Source of the DNA: Leucoraja ocellata
Lineage: Eukaryota
NCBI GenBank assembly: GCA_036785375.1
Contig: JAWMAR010000419.1
Span: forward strand, 558,001-622,000
Direction: 5' to 3'
Length of the DNA stretch: 64,000 bases
Shown here: in pieces, positions 40,538-53,954 of the stretch
Layout: every line of letters starts with the position of its first letter
How positions within the stretch are numbered: the stretch's first letter is position 1
The notes under the pieces: model-generated
Seen by the model: the letters and a program-made list of their open reading frames with translations, nothing else
What the model was told of the DNA's origin: nothing
Database searches by the model: none
Position numbers and translations under genes: made by a program

Positions 40538-41143
40538 GTGAGATTAGTGATGACGAAGTAAAAGTTTAAGGAACTGACATTTTTTGGAAGCTTTAAAAGG
40601 CTGATTCAATCGTTTTTTTTATAAAAAGCAAATACTTGAATGAGATTTGTCTTCAGCCAAACCTATCGCTGCTTAAATGTAGGGAGCTTATACCTCATAT
40701 TGTTGAAATATTTGTGTATTAATATTAAGAACATCTGTACACTCAATACAAAGTATGCAATGTATTTTGAATGTGCTGCCTTGCACAAAAAAAAGATGTA
40801 CTAGAATGTTGCATCATGATGTAGTAAAATTTAGCTCAAGCCAGTTTAAAAAAAACCTTTGTCCAAATAGTGAGTTACTGCTGATAAGTGATGGCAGGAC
40901 AAAGCAACGTCTGTACATTTCCCCACTAGCACACAAAGAATGTTTGGACTATTTTCAAGACGGCAGCATTGGCTCTGAACTTGGAGCAAGTTGCTTGCTC
41001 GGAATATGGTGCTTGGCAGAAGAGGATTCTGTTCTTTAGTACAGTATAGCCAACAGAAAATGTAGATTGGAATAAGGTGTATAGTTGTGAAGATTTGTTT
41101 GTAGTTTTATATATTTCATATGTATATCGATTTCTCGTTGCAG

Positions 41144-41641
41144 GTCTGTCAGTATTGAGAAGTGCAGAAACACCACTTTTGTTTTTGGCCCTGTCCAAAC
41201 CACTGTCCACATCCATGGCTGTGACGATGTCAAAGTGATAGTCATCTGCCGCAGGCTTTCAGTCTCGTCGTCATCTTCGTGTTCTTTCTACTGTCTCGCA
41301 ACTACGCGCCCTCTTATAATGTCTGGGAACTCGAGCTTAACATTTGCCCCATACCATACCTATTATCCATTGTTGGAGGACCACATGGCTAGAACAGGCA
41401 TTGCTACAATTCCCAATTACTGGAATAAGCCAATGTGTGTTGGTGTGGACAACAATGAAATGCCTGTTTATCAGCTGCTGCCTCCGAAGGACTTTTATGT
41501 GTTTGTAACTCCATTTGAAATGCAGGGGGACTCCGTGGAGATCCCTGGAGGACTACCACTGCCATATGAAAAGGCTATTAAACATCGGGAGCAGAAAATC
41601 CAGAATTGGCAGAAGATTGTTAAGGAAGCAGGACTCAGCAA
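41144..41641 (+). CDS. TBCCD1: TBCCD1 coding exon 5 (TBCC/C-CAP domain)
   Basis: SVSIEKCRNTTFVFGPV...EIPGGLPLPYEKAIKHREQKIQNWQKIVKEAGLSK; 498 nt. Confidence 0.96.
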
Positions 41642-42610
41642 GTTAGTACTTATATACTGAAAATATATAATAATAATAATAATAATAAACTTTATTTTGG
41701 ACTCAAGGTCCAGACAAGGGACATTCCATAAAAATACATTGCATATTAAAAACATCATAAAGTGCATATAAAATCTTAGTATATCACTTATAAAAGCATC
41801 ATAAATTATATATTAAAAAAACCCACAGTACATGAATTAAAATCCAGAATAAAAAGAATGTCCTACAATGACAACGATACCAGTGTCTCCACAGCTGGGA
41901 TTTGTAGCATGGAATGCTAAACCTTATGTTTGACAAGGCCACAATAATTACATTTTTAGTCATTTATCCTGCAAATGAATTTATACATATGATTTCTTAG
42001 GATGGCTTCTAAAGTACTAACTCCTGCAGCCACAAAGCACCACACCATTTAGGTTTCCGTAGCAGTGTTCTCATGGCATCATTATATGACACCTTTAGTC
42101 TCTGCAAAACTTGCCTTTCCATAGATCGACCACAGGTGCGCAGTATAGAGTAGTGTGCAATATGCTCTAAACAGCGACAGCGATATGATTAGTTCCAGAA
42201 TGAGATTAAAAATAACTCCCATTCCTATTGAAAGCAGTGATTTTCTGAAAACTGTATTAAGTAGTACTCAAATACTTTGCCTAAGGTCCATTTAAAAAAT
42301 CTAGATAACTCTAAGGACTGTGTTTGCAGAGGCATCAAAAATGGCTAGCATCATGTAGAATTCGACAATCCTCTGATTTGTTTTTGTAAATCTCTTTGTA
42401 ACATTAATGCCAAAATTAAAATTAAACAATTGAGCTGATCCTGATCTGGAATCAATATCAATGAAGCTCCGTAATTTCAGGCACTCTCCCAGTTTCACTC
42501 GCAACTTTTTTTTGTCGCCGCTGGATTGTGAAATGTTCAAAATCATTTGACGACACTGATATGACGCCGGCAGTCGCCGAAACAATCGGCAAGTGGGACA
42601 GGCCCTTTAG

Positions 42611-43120
42611 ATAGACTCAAATAGCTGGAGTAACTCAGCGGGACAGACAGCATCTCTGGAGAGAAGGAATGGGCGACGTTTCTGGTCGAGATCCTTTTTC
42701 AGACTGAGAGTCAGGGGAAAGTGAATGAAAGATATGCAAAAAAGTAACGATGATTAAGGAAACTGGCCATTGTTAGGTGAAATCGAGAAGCTAGTGCAAT
42801 TTGGGTGGGGGAGGGATAGACAGAGGGAATTCCGGGGCTACCTGAAGTTAGAGAAATCAATATTCATACCACTGGGCTGCAAGCTGCCCATGTGAAATAT
42901 GCGATCGGTTCCTCCAATTTGCGTTTGGCCCCACTCTAACAGTGGAGGAGACCTAGGACAGAAAGGTCAGTGTGGGAATGGAAAAAATAATTTGTCTTTA
43001 GCAACCGGAAGATCAGGTCGGTTCAAGCGGGCTGAGTGAAGGTGTTCAGCGAATCGATCGCCCAGTCTGCATTTGGTCTCGCCGATGTATAAGAGTCCAC
43101 ATCTTGAACAATGGATGCTG
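42611..43120 (-). mobile_element. Penelope-like element 3' fragment (GIY-YIG endonuclease + 3' repeat)
   Basis: IHCSRCGLLYIGETKCRLGDRFAEH; downstream GSLQPSGMNIDF; tail matches the dispersed fold-back repeat. Confidence 0.85.
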
Positions 43121-43529
43121 TTCACTGGAGTAGTGGAATATTCATACCACTGGGTAAGCTGCGCAAGTGAAAAATAAAATGCTATTAGATTCATGACGAA
43201 TGTTATTCTCAGGTAATTTCTATGTTTTGTGTTAAATTATCTGAAATCTAGTGGTGATTTTGAGTGGTAATATCAGAGCATTGATTCCTATTGCACTGTG
43301 TTATAGTGGCAGTAGATACTGTGTACTGTTGAGACCAGTCTGAAGAAGGGTCTCGACCCAAAACGTCACCTATCCACGTTCTCCAGAGATGCTGCCTGAC
43401 CTGCTGAGTTGCTTCAGCACTTTATGTCCTATTGTGTATTAACCGGCACCTGCAGTTCTTTGTTTCTACTACTGAGTTGGTTTCTTTTGTTATAGTAATT
43501 TCATCCCCACATGGTTATGGAAAAGTAGT

Positions 43530-43765
43530 GTAGCAAGGAAGTGCAGATGCTGGTTTAAACCGAAGGTAGACACAGAAAGCTGGAGTAACTCAGGCGGTTA
43601 GACAGCATCTCTGGAGAAAAGGAGTGGATGGCGTTTCAGGTCGAGACCCTTCTTCAGACTGAAGATGGTCTAAAGAAGGGTCTGGACCGAAACGTCACCA
43701 CTTCCTTTTCTCCAGAGATGCTGTCTAACCCGCTGAGTTACTCCAGCTTTTTGTGTCTGCCTTCG
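43530..43765. repeat. Penelope-derived fold-back repeat with opposing hammerhead-like cores
   Basis: ~100-bp inverted arms, centre cttcttcagact..ggtctaaagaaggg. Confidence 0.8.
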
Positions 43766-43908
43766 CGAAGAAAAAGTACATTGAATTCAAGAGTATATAC
43801 AGCTATATCCTATCAAGTGTGGCTCATTTGTGGAACATTTTTTATTAAGATTTCCCGGGTTGAAAATTCAGAACATTATCACATCTTATATTTTCTCTTA
43901 TTTTCCAG

Positions 43909-44035
43909 GGAGCAGCGCAGGTTATTTCAGAACCTGGTGGAGCAGGAATTTTGTGAATGGTTAGATCAGACAGGACATCGTCAGCAGCTGGATAGTCTTA
44001 TTCCAGCGCCTTCCCCAAAACAGATGGCGTCTTGA
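43909..44035 (+). CDS. TBCCD1: TBCCD1 last coding exon
   Basis: EQRRLFQNLVEQEFCEWLDQTGHRQQLDSLIPAPSPKQMAS-stop; exon lengths sum to 1662 nt, frame consistent. Confidence 0.95.
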
Positions 44036-45602
44036 TTATCCCTGGAATATCGGCTATTACTGAATTAAATCTGCTGTGTTACTGTTGTTTCAAACTACAT
44101 TGTATGTGTTGTGGCTTGGAAATGCATAATTCAGGTATAGTTGGGTTCTGATGCGTGTTCTTGATAATTGGTTAATTATTAAGGGAAATTAAGCGCACAT
44201 TTCAGAAACCAGTGCTGTTAACTGTATTTGAATGGATTATATTAAACTTGTAATTTTTTTCAATTATGGTATTTAAGATTTTATTGGTTTCAGCATCATG
44301 ATTTTTGTCATCATTTAATTTATGTTTTCAACAACATTTGTGTTTAGTGTCATCGTTAATATAATGGCACTATTTTCCAAAGCTTTATTTTTTTATTAAT
44401 GCTTAGGACTAATTGAAATTCACTTTACATTTGAGGAGCTTTGGGAAACAAAAATCCTCTGTGCTGTGGACACAGCTTTGGATATAAGGGAAAAAAACAT
44501 TTATTGAACATGACAACTTGAGTATTTGTATTAGTCTTGTTGAAATATACATATCAATTTTTTCCCTGATCCTTGGTCAGTTTTAGTATTGGTCTAGATG
44601 GATTGCTTGAAACAGTCTACATTAAGAGACATTTTCTTCAAAACTAGGGTAATATGATGAAGCAATATCATTTCTGTCGGGTTGATTTCGTATTTAAACT
44701 AAAATAATTAAAGTTTCCTTCATAATGTGTTTTCACTGTGGCCCTGCTTCTGGCCGTGACGTGAATGGACCTTTGAATCCTCAATAAACTATTTTATAAA
44801 CAGGAGAGGTTGCCATCTTTTGCATCCCTGCCTGTGTGTGTTCACATTTCTGCTGACATTATACTTTGATTTTTCAAGTATTTAAGATCATTTTAATTCT
44901 GGTTTCTTCCCCTCACTAGTTTTTCTCTGCCCTCCTCTTAGTAATCTTTCACAAGTCAACGGGTTGATTCAGTTGAAGCTCAGCGTATTCTTCAACTGAC
45001 TTCTTCAAGTACTTGTTTGCAACACATTGGGTGGCACGTGATCAGATGCAGAAGTTGGTGATGATTTAATGAGGGGCTGCTGATACCAATTGTATTGTTT
45101 CTGTTGCTGGGATTGGAACTTGGTGCTTGCAAGGTCCACTGATTTAGCTGACCACATTCTGAACTGTCTCTTCCAAGTAACTTTTTTAATCAGTTTGAAA
45201 ATCAGAGTTCCTCAACATTTACCTCAAACAAAGCTTGTAAACTATTATTTGCAACTGCCTTAAACTGCATTTCTGGTGTTGGTAATGTTTAATAATGATT
45301 ATTTTTGAGACTGTTTGCTTTGTACTGTACATGTTCAATAACATTCTAGAATGCAAACAAAAGCTAACTAAATGTTTCAGTATTGAACTTAAAGATTTAC
45401 TTTCTCGATTATTTCAACAAAATGTAAGATATGAACTCTAAACTGTGATGGCGATACTCGCTTTTATCTAACACACAACTGTGTGTTAGATAAATCGGTG
45501 TTAGATAAAGCAAACACTTATGAAGGAGGGAGTGTGATTGATGAGAACCAAGTGAAGAAAAGTCCCTGCAGAGACGATTGACAACCCTAAGTAACAATTG
45601 CC

Positions 45603-45868
45603 TTTAGTTTAATACAATTTAGTTTAGACATACAGCATGGAAATAGACTCATCGGCCACCAGCTCGGCGCCGACCAGCGATCCCCGCACATTAAAGCAAT
45701 CCTACACACTCTAGGGACAATTTTACATTTATACCAAGTCAATTAACCTACAAACCTGTACGTCTTTGGAGCGTGGGAGGAAACTGAAGATCTCGGAGAA
45801 AACCCACAGTCAAGGGGAGAACGTACAAACTGCATACAGACCCTACCGCTGCGCCACCGTGCTGCCCT
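45603..45868 (-). mobile_element. V-SINE (HE1-like), internally deleted
   Basis: reverse-complement match to family. Confidence 0.75.
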
Positions 45869-46119
45869 TTATGCAAAGTGTGACTTCGATCAGTGTAAAG
45901 GTTTTCCCGAACTTCCATTGACAATAATTTTATTAATGCTCCCTGAAGCCACACTTAACCCAATGTTGCGCAACATCAGGGTAATCACCTTCCCTTTCAA
46001 ATGTAGCTCTTTTGACAATTTGGACCAAAGTCCAATGAAACCAGGAGACAAGTCAATAGAAATAACTTCAATTTTAGCAAAGGAACAAGATTAAAGTTTA
46101 GAATGATCTTTATATTTGT

Positions 46120-46905
46120 AACAAACTAAACCAAGTGCAGACCCGTTGGGTCTGCTCCCCCAATGGTGTGATTCCCACAACCCAATATTCCACCATGCAC
46201 CCGTCTCCTCCAATGGAACTGAAGCCGCTGCCAAATGTAAGTCTCCAGCACTCCCTGCCTCCCTCAATTGCACCCTCCCTGCCTGCTGCAGCAGTGAAAA
46301 GTTCAGTGTTCCTCTTGCAACTTTGTTTCGAAGTGTGTTGGAAGCTGATAGGAAGGAGCAGCGAATCAAAAGGCAGGAAGGGATCCGTACTGCAGGCGGA
46401 CGGATTTGACTTTTATATATTAACTAGACCAAGCGCAGACCCGTTGGGTCTGTTTCCCCAACAGCGTTTGCGGGGGGGGGGGGGGGGAGGGGGAGCACTC
46501 ATATTAACCACCGCCCAAACTCACAGGTGGGGGGAGGGTGAGAAGAGGGGAGGGAGGGGAGAGGAGGAGGAGGAAACGGGACAGATTTGGGAGGGAAAGA
46601 AGAGCGGGGTAGGGGGTGAGAGAGGGGGATGGGGAGAAAGATGTGGGGGAGGGGGGGATGTGGAGGGAGGGAGTGGGAGAGGGGTGGGGGGAGAGGGGAA
46701 AGACTGGGGAGGGAGAGTGGAGGGGGAAGGGGAGACATGGAAGAGTGGGGAGGGAGGAGGAGAGGGGTAGGGGGAGTGATGGAAGAGGGACAGAGGGGTA
46801 GGAGGAAGGGGGTGGGTGGAGAGAGGGGTGGGGTAGAGAGGGAAGGGGGGTGGGGGAGAGTGGGATAGGTGGGAGAGGGAGAGGGAGAGGGGTGAGGAGA
46901 GGGAA
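46120..46905 (-). mobile_element. Helitron-like 3' ends (two) with G-rich interior
   Basis: minus strand hairpin CAGACCCAACGGGTCTG followed by CTAG|T at ~46423; second hairpin copy at ~46138. Confidence 0.7.
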
Positions 46906-47737
46906 ACATAGAAATTAAGTGCAGTAGTAGGCCATTCGGCCCTTTGAGCCTGCACCACCATTCAATATGATCATGGCTGATCATCCAACTCAGTAACCTG
47001 TACCTGCCTTCTCTCCAAAGCCCCTGATCCCTTTAGCCACAAGGGCCACATCTAACTCCCTCTTAAATCTAGCCAATGAACTGGCCTCAACTACCTTCTG
47101 TGGCGGAGAATTCCAGAGATTCACCACTCTGTGTGAAACATGTTTTTCTCATCTCTGTCATAAAGGATTTCCACCTTACCTTTAAACTGTGACCCCTTGT
47201 TCTGGACTTCCCCAACATCTGGAACAATCTTCCTGCATCTAGCCTGTCCAACCCCTTAAGAATTTTATACGTTTCTATAAGATCTGCCCTCAATCTTCTA
47301 AATTCTAGCGAGTACAAGCCGAGTCTATCTTGTCTTTCTTCATATGAAAGTCCTGACATCCCAGGAATAAGTCTGGTGAACCTTCTCTGTACTCCCTCTA
47401 TGGCAAGAATGTCTTTGACCGTTGGACATTGTGACATCACACGATGGAACGTTCAGCGGGTGCTGGTGCTCCTGCAAAGGCATATGTAAATTATTCCATT
47501 CCGATTGGACATATGTGAACATTGGGCATTGTGACATCACACGATGGAACGTTCACCAGGGACTGGGGATGATTCTATGGGTGAGATTCCAGTTTAATAT
47601 AAATACGACAAAACGTAATCAGGAGTTTCTATAAGATCCTCCCTCAATCTTCTAAAATCTAGCGAGTACAAGCCGAGTCTATCCAGTCTTTCTTCATATG
47701 AAAGTCCTGACATCCCAGGAATCAGTCTGGTGAACCT
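46906..47737 (-). mobile_element. CR1 3' fragments
   Basis: ORF2 C-term on minus strand, partially duplicated. Confidence 0.85.
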
Positions 47738-47772
47738 TAACCATATAACAATTACAGCACGGAAACAGGCCA

Positions 47773-47972
47773 NNNNNNNNNNNNNNNNNNNNNNNNNNNN
47801 NNNNNNNNNNNNNNNNNNNNNNNNNNNNNNNNNNNNNNNNNNNNNNNNNNNNNNNNNNNNNNNNNNNNNNNNNNNNNNNNNNNNNNNNNNNNNNNNNNNN
47901 NNNNNNNNNNNNNNNNNNNNNNNNNNNNNNNNNNNNNNNNNNNNNNNNNNNNNNNNNNNNNNNNNNNNNNNN
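47773..47972. other. Assembly gap (200 N)
   Basis: run of n. Confidence 1.
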
Positions 47973-48521
47973 AATTAGGCTCTGCACCACCTGCTTAAAG
48001 ATAGCGGAGTCAGGGGATATGGGGAGAAGGCAGGAACCGGGTACTGATTGGGGATGATCAGCCATAATCACACTCGAAGGACCGAATTGTCTACTGCTGC
48101 CTATTGTCTATTACCAGATGTGATTTTACTGTCAGGACCTCCAATTAAGTATGTTCCAGTAAGGATTGTTGAAAAAAATAGCTATGACCTGTTTCACTTT
48201 AGAATGAGGTTGGAAACTGCAGACAATAGCAACCATCTGAAAATATTGACCGTGTTCTAGTTTTTTTTACTGTTAGGTGTTGTATTTCACATTTCTTCTG
48301 TATTATACTTGGACATTTAATATTGTATAAACTTAAAATAGAACACCCACTATTAAAGCAAATGGGCAAGTGTAAAAATATCTTGCCAGATGCTGCTGCT
48401 TTTCAAGGCACTGCTCCACTTGGCATAGTTCAATGAGTTAATTCAATGAATTCCACAATTATTATGCACGCTATGGATTTTGACTCAGCAATTTAACATA
48501 CTATCACGGGATCACTTGCAA

Positions 48522-48832
48522 CATGGTGGTGCAGTGGTAGAGTTGCTGCCTTACAGCGCCGGACACCCGGGTTTGATCCCGACTAAGGGTGCTTTCTGTA
48601 TGGAGTTTGTACTTCTCTCCCGTGACCGCATGGATTTTCTCTGAGATCTTCGGCTTCCTCCCACACTCCAAAGAGACATACGGGTTTTAGGTTAATTGGC
48701 TTGGTGTAGTGTAAATTGTCCTTAGTGTGTGCAGGATCGTGTTAATGTGTGGGGATCGCTGGGCGGTGTGGACTCGGTGGGCCGAAGGGCCTGTTTCAGT
48801 GCTGTATCTCTAAACGAAAACAAAACTAAATA
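48522..48832 (+). mobile_element. V-SINE (HE1-like)
   Basis: tRNA head, V-domain, tail. Confidence 0.8.
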
Positions 48833-50035
48833 AAGTGCTGTACAACTACCAAACTTCAGTCCAAGAGTAGTTTAAAGAAAACAGTAGAAATCTATTTGTT
48901 TTTTTTGTCTATGGATACTATTACAATTTATGGATTAGAAAATAAAGAATCACAATGCTAAATAACTTGTAATTCACAAACCAGTATTTACATTCAATGG
49001 TATTTATTTATACTATTACTCAAACTACAAAATCAATAATTAAAAAATAAACAACATGGCAAAACAATTTCCCCAAGGCAACTTGGTCACCTCTTTGGCA
49101 TTAAGTACACAATGAGAACTCATAAATTGAAGAAACATATGGTGACATGCTCAGTAGGATTTCAGCCACGTCCTTGCAGAACGGGAAAGAAAAATCAAAG
49201 CATGCAATCCCAACCAAGACTGGTTTCAACTATTAACCAAGAGGATACATGTGATTATTTGTTTAGAATTTATTTCTTTCTCCTTTCTATTTAACATGAA
49301 CACCTATAATTTTACTATGAGCAAATATTCTCGTAATTTTTTTTAAGCGTGACATCTTTTGTTCGTTTAAACACATGGAAGGTCCTGGATATGCACATTC
49401 AATATCCAGATATGTATTTTGGATTAATGGATAGTGAATGGGAGTATGGATCAATTTTCAATATCCATAAGGGCCCTGTTTCAATTGTCCAATTCAATGT
49501 AGACCATGGATTAAATGGAATTCTCCGATTCTATGGTTTAATAAAGAAATGAATATTTGAATTTTTCATTAATTAGAAAACCAGCAAATCTAGGCTGCTG
49601 TTATTTTCTTTACCTAGGCATAGAATTGGGGTTAAGCCTTAAAATATGATTAAAATTAAAATAAATAAACCAGGTTTACAGGATCTTTTATTCCTTTATT
49701 GTATACCAATTTATATCCATTTAAATATCAACCTATTTCCTATTATATTTCCAAGTTGTTTTTATTAAAACATGGGGTTTCACAGATAACATTTTAGAAA
49801 ATCTAAATAAAACATTTTAAACTTACTAAACCGCTGCACACAATGCAATACATATCTGTATTTTTCATTGTCTTCAGATTATGACAATTTTTTATTTAAT
49901 CTGCAAACTTGACAAAATACAAGTGCAATTTTCAATTTCTGATAAATAGCATAATTGCTAGGTAAATAGTGCATTAAAAAAATATATAAAACAAGTAAAT
50001 AAGCTGTTTTCTTTATTGTCGGATTGAAGATCACT

Positions 50036-50140
50036 CTACAGCTGTAAATGTGGTAGCTGAATAGTTACATCACGGAAAAATCGATGACTTATAGCAACTT
50101 TCGCAGAAATCCGCTTGTTAGGATCATACTGGAGCATTTG
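50036..50140 (-). CDS. CDK2: CDK2-like kinase, last coding exon
   Basis: [34 protein letters not shown]-stop, 34 aa, CDK2-type C-terminus; AATAAA (minus) at 50012-50017 and an AT-rich 3' region. Confidence 0.82.
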   Translation of the reverse strand, partial: QMLQYDPNKRISAKVAISHRFFRDVTIQLPHLQL

Positions 50141-50589
50141 CTAGAAATAAAAATGAATCTATTTCACAACTTGCTTACTAAAGTGTCATTAAATAGGTAA
50201 GTGGAACATTTAGTACTTGAATTTAAAAAATTGTGCTAATTACACATTCTTAACCAGCATGTAATACATCTCCAAACAACTGACTGTAACCCAGATACTT
50301 ATTAGGAAGGCAAAAAGAGGACATGAGATATCCTTGGCAGATAATGTAAAGGAGAATCATAAGTTCCATAATAATAATAATAATAATAATATTTATTTAT
50401 ATAGCACTTTTCAACAAAACCAGTATTTGAACCAAAGTGCTTTACAGAGTTTGATTAAATTAATAGAACAGACCAAATGTCAATATATACAAAAACAAAA
50501 AAGAGAAAAAGAAAAAAAGACACAGAACAGTACACTATAGAAATCAACATGAAAAAATAAGTGTATTAAGACCAGAGTAACCAGGGAGA

Positions 50590-52235
50590 GATTAGATCCC
50601 ATCAGTGCAGTTGTCAACGTGTCGAGGCGCAGATGGACAAGGTCTTAAATAAGTACTTCTTGTCCGGATTTACCGTGGAAAAGTTATTGGAGGCTAGGGG
50701 ATTCAGAAAAGAGAACAGGGATGTTTTGAAACATATTATCATTGTGAAAGAGGTGTTGCTGGTGGTGTTGAAGCACATAAAGGTGGATAAACCCCTGTGA
50801 ACTGATCAAGTATATTCCATGTATATTCTAGGAAGTTGTGGGAAGCAAGGGAAGAAATTGTAAGGGCTCTGGCCGAGATATGTGTATCATCGATAGCCAT
50901 GGGTACCGGAAAATTGGAGGATAACAAACATTGTGCCTTTATTTTAAGAAATGGCTGCAAGGACAAGCCAGGATACCAAGCCAAGGTGAGGCTTCCATCA
51001 ATGGGGGTAAGTTATTAGAGGCGATTTTGAGAGGCAGGGCCTATCTGCATTTGATAGGCAAGGTCTAATTACCCAGCCTGGCTTTATGTGTAGGAAATAA
51101 TGTTTGAGTGAGCTTCTTTAAAGACGTGACAAAGAGCACTGACAAACGCAGTGCAGTGGATATTATGTACGTAGACTTTTGCAGGATTTTTGACAAGGTC
51201 CCGCTTTGTTGGCTGGTCTGAGAGTTTAGATCATGAGATGCAGGATGAGCTAGCCGAATGGACGCAAAATTGGCCTGGTAGAAAGAGACAGGGTATTGGT
51301 AGTGGGGGGTTGTTTTTCAGGTTGGAGGTCTGGGATCAATACTGTTTGTAACGTATATTGACAATTTGAATGAGAATAAGTTTGCGGATGACACCAAGAT
51401 TGATGGTGTGGTGTACAGTAAAGAAGATTGCCTAAGGCTATCAGGATCTAGGGCAACTGGGAGAGTGGGCAGATAAAATTTAACTCAGACATGTGGAAAG
51501 TAATGGATTTTGGGAAGTTAAATTTGGGCAGGACTTACTAAATGAGGGGGCCCTGGGGAATATTATAGAACAAGTACTTAGTTCGCTGAAAATGGTGACA
51601 TGGATAGAAAAGGTGGTGAAGAATTCATATGGCATGTTTGCCTTCATTAGACAAGGCACAACATGTTACATGTAGGAAAAAACTGCAGATGCTGGTTTAA
51701 ATCGAAGGTAGATACAAAATGCTGGAGTAACTCAGTGGGACAGGCAGCGTCTCTGGAGAGAAGGAATGGGTGACATTTCGGGTCGAGACCCTTCTTCAGA
51801 ACATATCTTCAATATGTTATGGGACAGCTGTACAAGATGTTGTTGAGACTGCACCTGGAATATTGTGTGCAGTTCTGGTTGCCTTACTATAGGGAGGATG
51901 TGATTAAGCACGAGTGGCTGTAGAAAAGATTCACGAGGATGTTGCCAAGACTGGTGGGTGTGTTATAAGCAGAGACTGAATAGGCTGGGACTGTTTTCCC
52001 TGCAGCAATGGAGGCTGAGCGGTGATCTTACAGAGGTTTAAAGAATCATGAAGGAAATAAATAACTCAATATTGTTATAGTCTTTCTCCCAGGATAGGGA
52101 AGTCCAAAATTATTTGGCACAGGTTTGAGTAAAGGAGATCTAAGAACCAATTTTTTTCACACAAAGGATGGTGAGTAAATGGAGCTGCCAAAGGAAGTGG
52201 TGGATGCGGTACAATTAGAACATTCAAAAGACTTC
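50590..52235 (+). mobile_element. Old degraded CR1
   Basis: remnants gactttt..gacaaggtccc, aagtttgcggatgacaccaag. Confidence 0.7.
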
Positions 52236-52424
52236 TGGGCATGTCTTGTTTTGCACTCTTTTAGTGTTGTATAATTTATGAATAACTTATGTTTTGTATG
52301 TTGTCTAAGTCTATGTGCCTGTGATGCGATTGCCGGTAAAATTTCCATTATATTGGACCTCACAGTACTTGTGCATGACAATAAACTCGAATTAACTTGA
52401 CAGGTATCTGAACAGGTAAGGTTT

Positions 52425-53418
52425 ACATAGAAGCATAGAAAATAGGTGCAGGAGTAGGCCATTCGGCCCTTCGAGTCTGCACCGCCATTCAATATGATCA
52501 TGGCTGATCATCCAACTCAGTATCCCATCCCTGCCTTCTCTCCATACCCCCTGATTCCTTTAGCCACAAGGGCCACATCTAACACCCTCTTAAATATAGC
52601 CAATGAACTGGCCTCAACTACCTTCTGTGGCAGAGAATTCCACAGATTCACCACTCTCTGTGTAAAAAATGATTTTCTCATCTCGGTCCTAAAAGACTTC
52701 CCTCTTATCCTTAAACTGTGACCCCTAGTTCTGGACTTCCCCAACACCGGGAATAATCTTCCTGCATCTAGCCTGTCCAACCCCTTAAGAATTTTGTAAG
52801 TTTCTATAAGATCCCCCCTCAATCTTCTAAATGCTAGCATGTACAAGCCGAGTCTATCCAGTCTTTCTTCATATGAAAGTCCTGCCATCCCAGGAATCAG
52901 TCTGGTGAACCTTCTCTGTACTCCCTCGATGGCAAGAATGTCTTTCCTCAGATTAGGAGACCAAAACTGTACGCAATACTCCAGGTGTGGTCTCACCAAG
53001 ACCCTGTACAACTGCAGTAGAACCTCCCTGCTCTTATACTCAAATCCTTTTGCTATGAATGCTAACATACCATTTGCTTTCTTCACTGCCTGCTGCACCT
53101 GCATGCCTACTTTCAATGACTGGTGTACCATGACACCCAGGTCTCGTTGCATCTCCCTTTTTCCTAATTGGCCACCATTCAGTTAATAGTCTAATTTCCT
53201 GTTTTTGCCACCAACGTGGATAACCTCACATTTATCCACATTATACTGCATCTGCCATGCATTTGCCCACTCATCCAGCCTACCCAAATCTTGCAGCCTC
53301 CTAGCATCCTCTTCTGCCACCCAGCTTTGTGTCATCCGCAAACTTGGAGATGTTGCATTCAATTCCCTCGTCCAAATCATTAATATATATATATTGTAAA
53401 TAGCTGGGGTCCCAGCAC
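52425..53418 (-). mobile_element. CR1 3' fragment
   Basis: ORF2 C-terminus 52517-53152, KFADDTK. Confidence 0.92.
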
Positions 53419-53562
53419 TGGTTGGATTGCTCTTTGTCAGGGACCTCGCCCTCAACCCTACCGCCATGGGTGGCCCTACCAGGAGCTCCAGAGGGCATTG
53501 CTCTCAGGATCTCGGGTCCACACATGCTTCTCCACCACGACAAGGTGACAATCCACGGGGGT
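53419..53562 (-). mobile_element. RTE/Expander-type 5' UTR head joined to CR1
   Basis: CACCTTGTCGTGGTGG...CCTGGTAGGGCCACCCATGGC...GACAAAGAGC resembles RTE 5' ends. Confidence 0.65.
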
Positions 53563-53954
53563 GATTCCAAAGGAGGTAGATAAGGCAGGGACTATCACAA
53601 CACTTAATAGATATTTGGACAGGTACATGGATAGGATAGGTTTAGAAGGATATGTCAAACGCGGGCAGGTGGGATTAATGTAGATGAAGTATCTTCATTG
53701 GTGTTGACAAGTTGGGCCGTAGGGCCTGTTTCCACACTGTGTGATGCTAAATGATGTGATTATTGTTTTATTGTACTATTGTTTTATTGTACAATTGATT
53801 ATTTTGTATTTATTTGTTGTGTTGCGTTAATGTACCTGTAAAGCTACAACAATCAATTTTATTGTTCCATTCCTGGTGCATATGACAAGTAAACAATCTT
53901 GACTCTTGATCCTTTGTCTCATTATCAGTCCATCCAGTCATCCATTTTATATTA

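Noticed and set aside
45055-45090. C/D box snoRNA-like TGATGA...CTGA
   Set aside because: Boxes only ~15 nt apart, too short for a snoRNA, and apparently not intronic
46135-46984. Gly-rich/Pro-rich ORFs (also 2504-2767)
   Set aside because: Translations of G/C-rich low-complexity Helitron interior
47420-47760. Duplicated 35-bp motif and repeated CR1 piece
   Set aside because: Adjacent to an assembly gap; may be an artefact or a fragment of an unidentified repeat
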